From Eledone cirrhosa (taxonomy: Eukaryota), in assembly GCA_964016885.1 (NCBI GenBank), contig OZ024744.1, forward strand, positions 128,712,001 through 128,776,000: a stretch of DNA of 64,000 nucleotides. Direction: 5' to 3'. A program made the translations under genes and the position numbers. This document shows positions 49,101 to 60,004 of the stretch, piece by piece. Each line of letters starts with the position of its first letter. Position 1 is the first letter of the stretch. The notes beneath the pieces are model-generated. The model ran no database searches. It was not told where the DNA came from and worked only from the letters and a program-made list of their open reading frames with translations.

Positions 49101-52100
49101 TGGGGTTAAGTTAAGTTGGTTAGTTAAGTTGAGTTTAAGTTAAGTTGGGGTTAATTTAAGTTGGGGTTAAGTTAAGTTGGGGTTAAGTTAAGTTGGGGTT
49201 AAGTTAAGTTGGGGTTCAGTTAAGTTGGGGTTAAGTTAAGTTGGGGTTAAGTTGGGGTAAAATTAAGTTGGGGTTAAGTTAAGTTGGGGTTAAGTTAAGT
49301 TGCGGTTAAGTTAAGTTGCCGTTAAGTTAAGTTGAGGTTAAGTTAAGTTGGGGTTAAGTTAAGTTGGGGTTAAGTTAAGTTGGGGCTAAGTTAAGTTGGG
49401 GCTAAGTTAAGTTGGGGTTAAGTTGGGGTTAAGTTAAGTTGCGGTTAAGTTAAGTTGATGTTAAGTTAAGTTGGGGTTAAGTTAAGTTGGGGTTAAGTTA
49501 AGTTGGGGCTAAGTTAAGTTGGAGCTGAGTTAAGTTGGGGCTAAGTTAAGTTGGGGTTAAGTTAAGTTGGGGTTAAGTTAAGGTGGGGTTAAGTTAAGTT
49601 GGGGTCAACTTAAGTTGGGGTTAAGTTAAGTTGGGGTTAACTTAAGTTGGGGTTAAGTTAAGTTGGGGTTAAGTTAAGTTGGGGTTAAGCTAAGTTGGGG
49701 TTACGTTAAGTTGGGGTTATGTTAAGTTGGGGTTACGTTAAGTTGGGTTTAAGTTAAGTTGGGGTTAAGTTAAGTTGGGGTTAAGTTAAGTTGGGGTTAA
49801 TTTAAGTTGGGGTTAAGTTAAGTTGGGATTAATTTAAGTTGGGGTTAAGTTAAGTTGGGGTTAAGTTAAGTTGGGGTTAAATTAAGTTGGGGTTAAGTTA
49901 AGTTGGGGTTAAGTTAAGTTGGGGTTAAGTTAATTTGGGGTTAAGTTAAGTTAGGGTAAAGTTAAGTTGGGGTTGAGTTAAGTTGGGGTAAGTTAAGTTG
50001 GGGTTAAGTTAAGTTTGGGTTAAGTTAAGTTGGGGTTAAGTTAAGTTAGGCTTAACTTAAGTTGGGGTTAAGTTAAGTTGGGGGTGAGTTAAGTTGGGGG
50101 TAAGTTAAGTTGGGGTTAAGTTAAGTTGGGGTTAAGTTGGGGTTAAGTTAAGTTAGGGTTAAGTTAATTTGGGGTTGAGTTAAGTTGGGGTTAAGTTAAG
50201 TGGTGGTTATGTTAAGTTGGGGTTAAGTTAAGTTGGGGTTAATTTAAATTGGGGTTAATTTAAATTTGTTGTTAAGTTAAGTTGGGGTTAATTTAAGTTG
50301 GGGTTAAGTTAAGTTGGGGTTGAGTTAAGTTGTGGTTCAGTGAAGTTGGGGTTAAGTTAAGTTGGGGTTAAATTAAGTTGGGGTTAAGTTAAGTTGGGGT
50401 TGAGTTAAGTTGGGGTTAATTTAAGTTGGGGCTAAGTTAATTTGGGGTTAAGTTAAGTTGGGGTTAAATTAAGTTGGGGTTAAGTTAAGTTGGGGTTAAG
50501 TTAAGTTGGGGCTGAGTTAAGTTGGGGGTAAGTTAAGTTGGGGTTATGTTAAGTTGGGGTTAAGTTAAGTTGGGGTTAAGTTAAGTTGGGGTTCAGTTAA
50601 GTTGCGGTTAAGTTAAGTTGGGGTTAAGTTAAGTTGGGGTTAAGTTAAGTTGGGGTTAATTTAAGTTGGGGTTAAGTTAAGTTGGGGTTAAGTTAAGTTG
50701 GGGTTAAATTCAGTCGGGGTTAAGTTAAGTCGGGGTTAAGTTACGTTGGGGTTAAGTTAAGTTGGGGTTAAGTTAAGTTGGGGTTGAGTTAAGTTGGGGT
50801 TAAGTTAAGTTGGGGTTAAGTTAAGTTGGGGTTAAGTTAAGTTGGGGTTAAGTTAAGTTGGGCTTAATTTAAGTTGGGGTTAATTTAAGTTGGGGTTAAG
50901 TTAAGTTGGGGTTAAGTTAAGTTGGGGTAACGTTAAGTTGGGGGTAAGTTAAGTTGGGGTTAAGTTAAGTTGGGGTTAAGTTGGGGTTAAGTTAAGTTAG
51001 GGTTAACTTAAGTTGGGGTTGTGTTAAGTGGTGGTTATGTTAAGTGGTGGTTATGTTAAGTTGGGGTTAAGTTAAGTTGGGGTTAAGTTAAGTTGGGGTT
51101 AAGTTAAGTTGGGGTTAAGTTAATTAGGGTTAAGTTAAGTTGGGTTTAAGTTAAGTTGGGGTTAAGTTAATTTGTGGTTAAGTTAAGTTGGGGTTAAGTT
51201 AAGTTGGGGTTAAGTTAAGTTGGGGATAAGTTAAGTTGGGGATAAGTTAAGTTGGGGATAAGTTAAGTTGGGGTTAATTAAGTTGGCTTTAAGTTAAGTT
51301 GGGGTTAAGTTAAGTCGGGGTTAAGTTAAGTTGGGGTTAAGTTAAGTTGGTTAGTTAAGTTGAGTTTAAGTTAAGTTGGGGTTAATTTAAGTTGGGGTTA
51401 AGTTAAGTTGGGGTTAAGTTAAGTTGGGGTTAAGTTAAGTTGGGGTTCAATTAAGTTGGGGTTAAGTTAAGTTGCGGTTAAGTTAAGTTGCCGTTAAGTT
51501 AAGTTGAGGTTAAGTTAAGTTGGGGTTAAGTTAAGTTGGGGTTAAGTTAAGTTGGGGCTAAGTTAAGTTGGGGCTAAGTTAAGTTGGGGTTAAGTTAACT
51601 TTGGGTTAAGTTAAGTTGGGTTTGAGTTAAGTTGGGGTTAATTAAGTTGGGGTTAAGTTAAGTTGGGGTTAAGTTGGGGTTAAGTTAAGTTGCGGTTAAG
51701 TTAAGTTGATGTTAAGTTAAGTTGGGGTTAAGTTAAGTTGGGGTTAAGTTAAGTTGGGTCTAAGTTAAGTTGGAGCTGAGTTAAGTTGGATCTAAGTTAA
51801 GTTGGGGTTAAGTTAAGTTGGGGTTAAGTTAAGGTGGGGTTAAGTTAAGTTGGGGTCAACTTAAGTTGGGGTTAAGTTAAGTTGGGGTTAACTTAAGTTG
51901 GGGTTAAGTTAAGTTGGGGTTAAGTTAAGTTGGGGTTAAGTTAAGTTGGGGTTACGTTAAGTTGGGGGTAAGTCAAGTTGGTGTTAAGTTAAGTTGGCGG
52001 TAAGTTAAGATGGGGTTAAGTTAAGTTGGGGTTAATTTAATTTGGGGTTAAGTTAAGTTAGGGTTAAGTTAAGTTGGGGTTGAGTTAAGTTGGGGTTAAG

Positions 52101-55100
52101 TTAAGTTGGGGTTATGTTAAGTTGGGGTTAAGTTAAGTTGGGGTTAAGTTAAGTTGGGGTTCAATTAAGTTGCGGATAATTTAAGTTGGGGTTAAGTTAA
52201 GTTGGGGTTAAGTTAAGTTGGGGTTAAGTTAAGTTGGGGTTAAATTAAGTTGGGGTTAAATTAAGTTGGGGTTAAGTTAAGTTGGGGTTATGTTAAGTTG
52301 GTGTTAAGTTAAGTTGGGGTTAAGTTAAGTTGGGGTTAAGTTAGGTTGATGTTAATTTAAGTTGGGGGTAAGTTAAGTTGGGGTAAGTTAAGTTGGTGTT
52401 AAGTTAAGTTGGGGTTAAGTTAAGTTGGGGTTAAATTAAGTTGGGGTTAAGTTAAGTTGGGGTTGAGTGAAGTTGGGGTTAAGTTAAGTTGGGGTTAAGT
52501 AAAGTTAGGGCTAAGTTAAGTTGGGGTTAAGTTAAGTTGGGGTTAATTTAAGTTGGGGTTACATTAAGTTGATGTTAAGTTAAGTTGGGGTTAAGTTAAG
52601 TTGGGGTTAAATTAAGTTGGGGTTAAATTAAGTTGGGGTTAAGTTAAGTTGGGGTTAAGTTAGGTTGGTGTTAAGTTAAGTTGGGGTTAAGTTAATTTGT
52701 GGTTAAGTTAAGTTGGGGTTAAGTTAAGTTGGGGTTAAGTTCAGTCGGGGTTAAGTTAAGTCGGGGTTAAGTTAAGTTGGGGTTAAGTTAAGTTGCGGTT
52801 AAGTTAAGTTGGGGTTAAGTTAAGTTGGGGTTAAGTTAATTAGGGTTAAGTTAAGTTGGGGTTAAGTTAAGTTGGGGTTAAGTTAAGTTGGGGTTAAGTT
52901 AAGTTGGGGTTAAGTTAAGTTGGGGTTAAGTTAAGTTGGGGTTAAGTTAATTTGGGGTTAAGTTAAGTTAGGGTAAAGTTAAGTTGGGGTTGAGTTAAGT
53001 TGGGGTAAGTTAAGTTGGGGTTAAGTTAAGTTTGGGTTAAGTTAAGTTGGGGTTAAGTTAAGTTAGGCTTAACTTAAGTTGGGGTTAAGTTAAGTTGGGG
53101 GTGAGTTAAGTTGGGGGTAAGTTAAGTTGGGGTTAAGTTAAGTTGGGGTTAAGTTGGGGTTAAGTTAAGTTAGGGTTAAGTTAATTTGGGGTTGAGTTAA
53201 GTTGGGGTTAAGTTAAGTGGTGGTTATGTTAAGTTGGGGTTAAGTTAAGTTGGGGTTAATTTAAATTGGGGTTAATTTAAATTTGTTGTTAAGTTAAGTT
53301 GGGGTTAAGTTAAGTTGGGGTTGAGTTAAGTTGTGGTTGAGTGAAGTTGGGGTTAAGTTAAGTTGGGGTTAAATTAAGTTGGGGTTAAGTTAAGTTGGGG
53401 TTGAGTTAAGTTGGGGTTAATTTAAGTTGGGGCTAAGTTAATTTGGGGTTAAGTTAAGTTGGGGTTAAATTAAGTTGGGGTTAAGTTAAGTTGGGGTTAA
53501 GTTAAGTTGGGGTTAAGTTAATTTGGGGTTAAGTGAAGTTAGGGTTAAGTTAAGTTGGGGCTGAGTTAAGTTGGGGGTAAGTTAAGTTGGGGTTATGTTA
53601 AGTTGGGGTTAAGTTAAGTTGGGGTTAAGTTAAGTTGGGGTTCAGTTAAGTTGCGGTTAAGTTAAGTTGGGGTTAAGTTAAGTTGGGGTTAAGTTAAGTT
53701 GGGGTTAATTTAAGTTGGGGTTAAGTTAAGTTGGGGTTAAGTTAAGTTGGGGTTAAATTCAGTCGGGGTTAAGTTAAGTCGGGGTTAAGTTACGTTGGGG
53801 TTAAGTTAAGTTGGGGTTAAGTTAAGTTGGGGTTGAGTTAAGTTGGGGTTAAGTTAAGTTGGGGTTAAGTTAAGTTGGGGTTAAGTTAAGTTGGGGTTAA
53901 GTTAAGTTGGGGTTAATTTAAGTTGGGGTTAAGTTAAGTTGGGGTTAAGTTAAGTTGGGGTAACGTTAAGTTGGGGGTAAGTTAAGTTGGGGTTAAGTTA
54001 AGTTGGGGTTAAGTTGGGGTTAAGTTAAGTTAGGGTTAACTTAAGTTGGGGTTGTGTTAAGTGGTGGTTATGTTAAGTGGTGGTTATGTTAAGTTGGGGT
54101 TAAGTTAAGTTGGGGTTAAGTTAAGTTGGGGTTAAGTTAAGTTGGGGTTAAGTTAATTAGGGTTAAGTTAAGTTGGGTTTAAGTTAAGTTGGGGTTAAGT
54201 TAATTTGTGGTTAAGTTAAGTTGGGGTTAAGGTAAGTTGGGGTTAAGTTAAGTTGGGGATAAGTTAAGTTGGGGATAAGTTAAGTTGGGGTTAATTAAGT
54301 TGGGTTTAAGTTAAGTTGGGGTTAAGTTAAGTCGGGGTTAAGTTAAGTTGGGGTTAAGTTAAGTTGGTTAGTTAAGTTGAGTTTAAGTTAAGTTGGGGTT
54401 AATTTAAGTTGGGGTTAAGTTAAGTTGGGGTTAAGTTAAGTTGGGGTTAAGTTAAGTTGGGGTTCAGTTAAGTTGGGGTTAAGTTAAGTTGGGGTTAACT
54501 TGGGGTAAAATTAAGTTGGGGTTAAGTTAAGTTGGGGTTAAGTTAAGTTGCGGTTAAGTTAAGTTGCCGTTAAGTTAAGTTGAGGTTAAGTTAAGTTGGG
54601 GTTAAGTTAAGTTGGGGTTAAGTTAAGTTGGGGCTAAGTTAAGTTGGGGCTAAGTTAAGTTGGGGTTAAGTTAACTTTGGGTTAAGTTAAGTTGGGTTTG
54701 AGTTAAGTTGGGGTTAATTAAGTTGGGGTTAAGTTAAGTTGGGGTTAAGTTGGGGTTAAGTTAAGTTGCGGTTAAGTTAAGTTGATGTTAAGTTAAGTTG
54801 GGGTTAAGTTAAGTTGGGGTTAAGTTAAGTTGGGGCTAAGTTAAGTTGGAGCTGAGTTAAGTTGGATCTAAGTTAAGTTGGGGTTAAGTTAAGTTGGGGT
54901 TAAGTTAAGGTGGGGTTAAGTTAAGTTGGGGTCAACTTAAGTTGGGGTTAAGTTAAGTTGGGGTTAACTTAAGTTGGGGTTAAGTTAAGTTGGGGTTAAG
55001 TTAAGTTGGGGTTAAGTTAAGTTGGGGTTACGTTAAGTTGGGGGTAAGTCAAGTTGGTGTTAAGTTAAGTTGGCGGTAAGTTAAGATGGGGTTAAGTTAA

Positions 55101-58100
55101 GTTGGGGTTAATTTAATTTGGGGTTAAGTTAAGTTAGGGTTAAGTTAAGTTGGGGTTGAGTTAAGTTGGGGTTAAGTTAAGTTGGGGTTAAATTAAGTTG
55201 GGGTTAAGTTAAGTTGGGGTTGAGTGAAGTTGGGGTTAAGTTAAGTTGGGGTTAAATTAAGTTGGGGTTAAGTTTAGTTGGGGTTGAGTTAAGTTGGGGT
55301 TAATTTAAGTTGGGGCTAAGTTAATTTGTGGTTAAGTTAAGTTGGGGTTAAGTTAAGTTGGGGTTAAGTTAAGTTGGGGTTGAGTTAAGTTGGGGTTAAG
55401 TTAAGTTGGGTTTAAGTTAAGTTGGGGTTAAATTAAGTTGGGGTTAAATTAAGTTGGGGTTAAGTTAAGTTGGGGGTAAGTTAAGTTGGGGGCAAGTTAA
55501 GTTGGGGTTAAGTTAAGTTGGTGTTAAGTTAAGTTGGGGTTAATTTAAGTTGGGGTTATGTTAAGTTGGGGTTAAGTTAAGTTGGGGTTAAGTTAAGTTG
55601 GGGGTAAGTTACGTTAGGGCTAAGTTAAGTTGGGGTTAAGTTAAGTTGGTGTTAAGTTAAGTTGGGGGTAAGTTACGTTAGGGCTAAGTTACGTTGGGGT
55701 TAACTTAACCCCAACTTAACTTAACCCCAACTTAACTTAGACCCAACTTAACTGAGCCCCAACTTAACTTAACCCCAACGTAACTTAGCCCTAACGTAAC
55801 TTACCCCCAACTTAACTTAACACCAACTTAACTTAACCCCAACTTAACTTACCCCCAACTTAACTTACCCCCAACTTAACTTACCCCCAACTTAACTTAA
55901 CCCCAACTTAACTTAACTTAACCCCAACTTAAGTTAAGTTTGGGTTAAGGTTGGGGTTAAATTAAGTTGGGGTTAAGTTAAGTTGGGGTTAAGTTAAGTT
56001 GGGGTTAAGTTAAGTTGGGGTTAGGTTAAGTTGGGTTTAAGTTAAGTTGGGGATAAGTTAAGTTGGGGTTAAGTTAAGTTGGGTTTAAGTTAAGTTGGGG
56101 TTAAGTTAAGTTGGGGTTAAGTTAAGTTGGGGGTAAGTTAAGTTGGGGTTAAGTTAAGTTCGGGTTAAGTTAAGTTGGTGTTAAGTTAAGTTGGGGCTGA
56201 GTTAAGTTGGGGCTAAGTTAAGTTGGGTCTAAGTTAAGTTGGGGTTAAGTTAAGTTGGGGTTAAGTTAAGTTGGTTTTAAATTAAGTTGGGGTTAAATTA
56301 AGTTGGTGTTAAGTTAAGTTGGGGTTAAGTTAAGTTGGGGTTAATTAAGTTGGGGTTAAGTTAAGTTGGGGTTAAGTTAATTGGGGTTAAATTAAGTTAG
56401 GGTTGAGTTAAGTTGGGGTTAAGTTAAGTTGGGGTTATATTAAGTTGGGGTTAAGTTAAGTTGGGGTTAAGTAAAGTTGGGGTTCAGTTAAGTTGGGGTT
56501 AAGTTAAGTTAGGCTTAACTTAAGTTGGGGTTAAGTTAAGTTGGGGGTGAGTTAAGTTGGGGGTAAGTTAAGTTGGGGTTAAGTTAAGTTGGGGTTAAGT
56601 GGGGTTAAGTTAATTTAGGGTTAAGTTAAGTTGGGGTTGAGTTAAGTTGGGGTTAAGTTAAGTGGTGGTTATGTTAAGTTGGGGTTAAGTTAAGTTGGGG
56701 TTAATTTAAATTGGGGTTAATTTAACTTTGTGGTTAAGTTAATTTGGGGTTAATTTAAGTTGGGGTTAAGTTAAGTTGGGGTTAATTTAATTTGTGGTTA
56801 AGTTAAGTTGGGGTTAAGTTAAGTTGGCGTTGAGTTAAGCTGGGGTTAAGTTAAGTTGGGGTTAAAATAAGTTGGGGTTAAGTTAAGTTGGGGTTGAGTT
56901 AAGTTGGGGTTGAGTTAATTTGGGGTTAAGTTGGGGTTAACTTAAGTTGGGTTTAATTTAAGTTGGGGTTAAGTTAAGTTGGGGTTATAATTAAGTTGGG
57001 GTTAAGTTAAGTTGGGGGTAAGATAAGTTGGGGTTAAGTTAAGCTGGGGCTAAGTTAAGTTGGGGCTAAGTTAAGTTGGGGCTAAGTTAAGTTGGGGTTA
57101 AGTTAACTTTGGGTTAAGTTAATTTGGGTTTGAGTTAAGTTGGGGTTAATTAAGTTGGGGTTAAGTTAAGTTGGGGTTAAGTTAAGTTGGGGTTAAGTTA
57201 AGTTGCGGTTAAGTTAAGTTGATGTTAAGTTAATTTGGGGTTAAGTTAAGTTGGGGTTAAGTTAAGTTGGGGTTAAGTTAAGGTGGGGTTAAGTTAAGTT
57301 GGGGTCAACTTAAGTTGGGGTTAAGTTAAGTTGGGGTTAACTTAAGTTGGGGTTAAGTTAAGTTGGGGTTAATTTAAGTTGAGGTTAAGTTAAGTTGGTG
57401 TTAAGTTAAGTTGGGGCTAAGTTAAGTTGGGGCTGAGTTAAGTTGGGGCTGAGTTAAGTTGGAGTTAAGTTAAGTTGGGGTTGAGTTAAGTTGCGGTTAA
57501 ATTAAGTTGGGGTTAAGTTAAGTTGGGGTTAAGTTAAGTTGGGGTTTATTTAAGTTGGGGTTCAGTTAATTTGGGGTTAAGTTAAGTTTGGGTTAAGTTG
57601 GGGTTAAATTAAGTTGGGGTTAAATTAAGTTGGGGTTAAGCTAATTTGGGGTTAAGTTAAGTTGGGGTTAATTTAAGTTGGGGTTAAGTTAAGTTGCGGG
57701 TAATTTAAGTCGGGGTTAAGTTAAGTTGGGGTTAAGTTAAGTTGGGGTTAAGTTAAGGTGGGGTTTAGTTAAGTTGGGGTTAAGTTAAGTTGGGGGTAAG
57801 TTAAGTTGGGGGTAAGTTAAGTTGGGGGTAAGTTAAGTTGGGGTTAAGTTAAGTCGGGGTTAAGTTAAGTTGGGGTTAAGTTAAGTTGGGGTTAATTTAA
57901 GTTGGGGTTAAGTTAAGTTGGGGGTAAGTTAAGTTGGGGGTAAGTTAAGTTAGGGTTAAGTTAAGTTGGGGTTGAGTTAAGTTGGGGGTAAGTTAAGTTG
58001 GGGTTAAGTTAAGTTGGGGTTGAGTTAAGTTGGGGTTGAGTTAATTTGGGGTTAAGTTGGGGTTAACTTAAGTTGGGTTTAATTTAAGTTGGGGTTAAGT

Positions 58101-60004
58101 TAAGTTGGGGTTATAATTAAGTTGGGGTTAAGTTAAGTTGGGGGTAAGATAAGTTGGGGTTAAGTTAAGCTGGGGCTAAGTTAAGTTGGGGCTAAGTTAA
58201 GTTGGGGTTAATTTAAGTTGGGGTTAAGTTAAGTTGCGGTTAAGTTAAGTTGGGGTTAAATTAAGTTGGGGTTAAGTTAAGTTGGGATTAAGTTAAGTTG
58301 GGGTTAAGTTAAGTTGGGGTTAAGTTAGATTGTTGTTAAGTTAAGTTGGGGTTAAGTTAAGTTGGGGTTAATTTAAGTTGGGGTTAATTTAAGTTGGGTC
58401 TAATTAAGTTGGGGTTAAGTTAAGTTGGGGTTAAGTTACGTTGGGGTTAAGTTAAGTTGCGTTTACGTTAAGTTGGGGGTAAGTTAAGTTGGTGGTAAGT
58501 TAAGTTGGGGGTAAGTTAAGATGGGGTTAAGTTAAGTTGGGGTTAATTTAATTTGGGGTTAAGTTAAGTTAGGGTTAAGTTAAGTTGGGGTTGAGTTAAG
58601 TCGGGGTTCAGTTAAGTTGGGGTTATGTTAAGTTGGGGTTAAGTTAAGTTGGGGTTAAGTTAAGTTGGGGTTCAATTAAGTTGCGGGTAATTTAAGTTGG
58701 GGTTAAGTTAAGTTGGGGGTACGTTAAGTTGGGGGTAAGTTAAGTTGGGGTTAAGTTAAGTTGGGGTTAAGTTAAGTCGGGGTTAATTTAAGTTGCGGTT
58801 AAGTTAAGTTGGGGTTAAGTTAAGTTGGGGTTAAGTTAAGTTGGGATTAAGTTAAGTTGGGGTTAAGTTAAGTTGGGGTTGAGTTAAGTTGGGGTTAAGT
58901 TAGATTATTGTTAATTTATTTTGGGGTTAAGTTAAGTTGGGGTTAAGTTAAGTTGGGGTTAATTTAAGTTGGGGTTAAGTTAAGTGGGGGTTAAGTTGAG
59001 TTGGGGTTAAGTTAAGTTGGGGTTAAGTTAAGTTGGGGTTAAGATAAGTTGGGGTTAAGTTAAGTTGGGGTTGAGTTAAGTTCGGGTTGAGTTAATTTGG
59101 GGTTAACTTAAGTTGGGGTTAACTTAAGTTGGGGTTAAGTTAAGTTGGGTTTATGTTAAGTTGGGGATAAGTTAAGTTGGGGTTAAGTTAAGTTGGGGTT
59201 CAATTAAGTTGCGGTTAATTTAAGTTGGGGTTAAGTTAAGTTGGGGTTAAGTTAAGTTGGGGTTAAGTTAAGTTGGGGTTAAATTAAGTAAGGGCTAAGT
59301 TAAGTTGAGGTTATGTTAAGTTGGTGTTAAGTTAAGTTGGGGTTAAGTTAAGTTGGGGTTAAGTTAAGTTGGGGTTTAAGTTAAGTTGGGGTTAAGTTAA
59401 GTTGGGGTTAATTTAATTTGGGGTTAAGTTAAGTTAGGGTTAAGTTAAGTTGGGGTTGAGTTAAGTTGGGGTTAAGTTAAGTTGGGGTTATGTTAAGTTG
59501 GGGATAAGTTAAGTTGGGGTTAAGTTAAGTTGGGGTTCAATTAAGTTGCGGTTAATTTAAGTTGGGGTTAAGTTAAGTTCGGGTTAAGTTAAGTTGGGGT
59601 TAAGTTAAGTTGGGGTTAAATTAAGTTAGGGCTAAGTTAAGTTGAGGTTATGTTAAGTTGGTGTTAAGTTAAGTTGGGGTTAAGTTAAGTTGGGGTTAAG
59701 TTAAGTTGGGGTTAAGTTAAGTTGGGTTTAAGTTAAGTTGGGGCTAAGTTAAGTTGGGGTTAAGTTAAGTTGGGGTTAAGTTAAGTTGGGGTTAAGTTAG
59801 GTTGGTGTTAAGTTAAGTTGGGGGTAAGTTAAGTTGGGGGTAAGTTAAGTTGGTGTTAAGTTAAGTTGGGGTTAAGTTAAGTTGGGGCTAAGTTAAGTTG
59901 GGTTTAAGTTAAGTTGGGTCTAAGTTAAGTTGGGGTTAAGTTAAGTTGGGGTTAACTTAAGTTGGGGGTAAGTTAAGTTGGGTTTGAGTTAAGTTGGGGT
60001 TAAG
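46107..60004 (+). repeat. 16-bp G-rich satellite, block 5
   Basis: 16-bp period. The first ~9 kb parallel 2179-~11,270; ~56.4-58.6 kb carries a more divergent variant set. Confidence 0.98.
55704..55930 (-). repeat. Inverted (C-rich) satellite tract, copy 3 (227 bp)
   Basis: Same entry hairpin, same exit palindrome and same diagnostic CGTAAC/AGACCC/GAGCCCC variants as copies 1 and 2. Confidence 0.97.

Larger units (their letters stand above)
35649..50497 (+). repeat. 7,410-bp tandem segmental duplication (~35649-43058 / ~43059-50497)
   Basis: Constant 7,410 offset at island starts (36161/43571), ends (38696/46106), ORFs (37424/44834) and the GTTGCCGTT marker (41905/49315). Confidence 0.9.
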
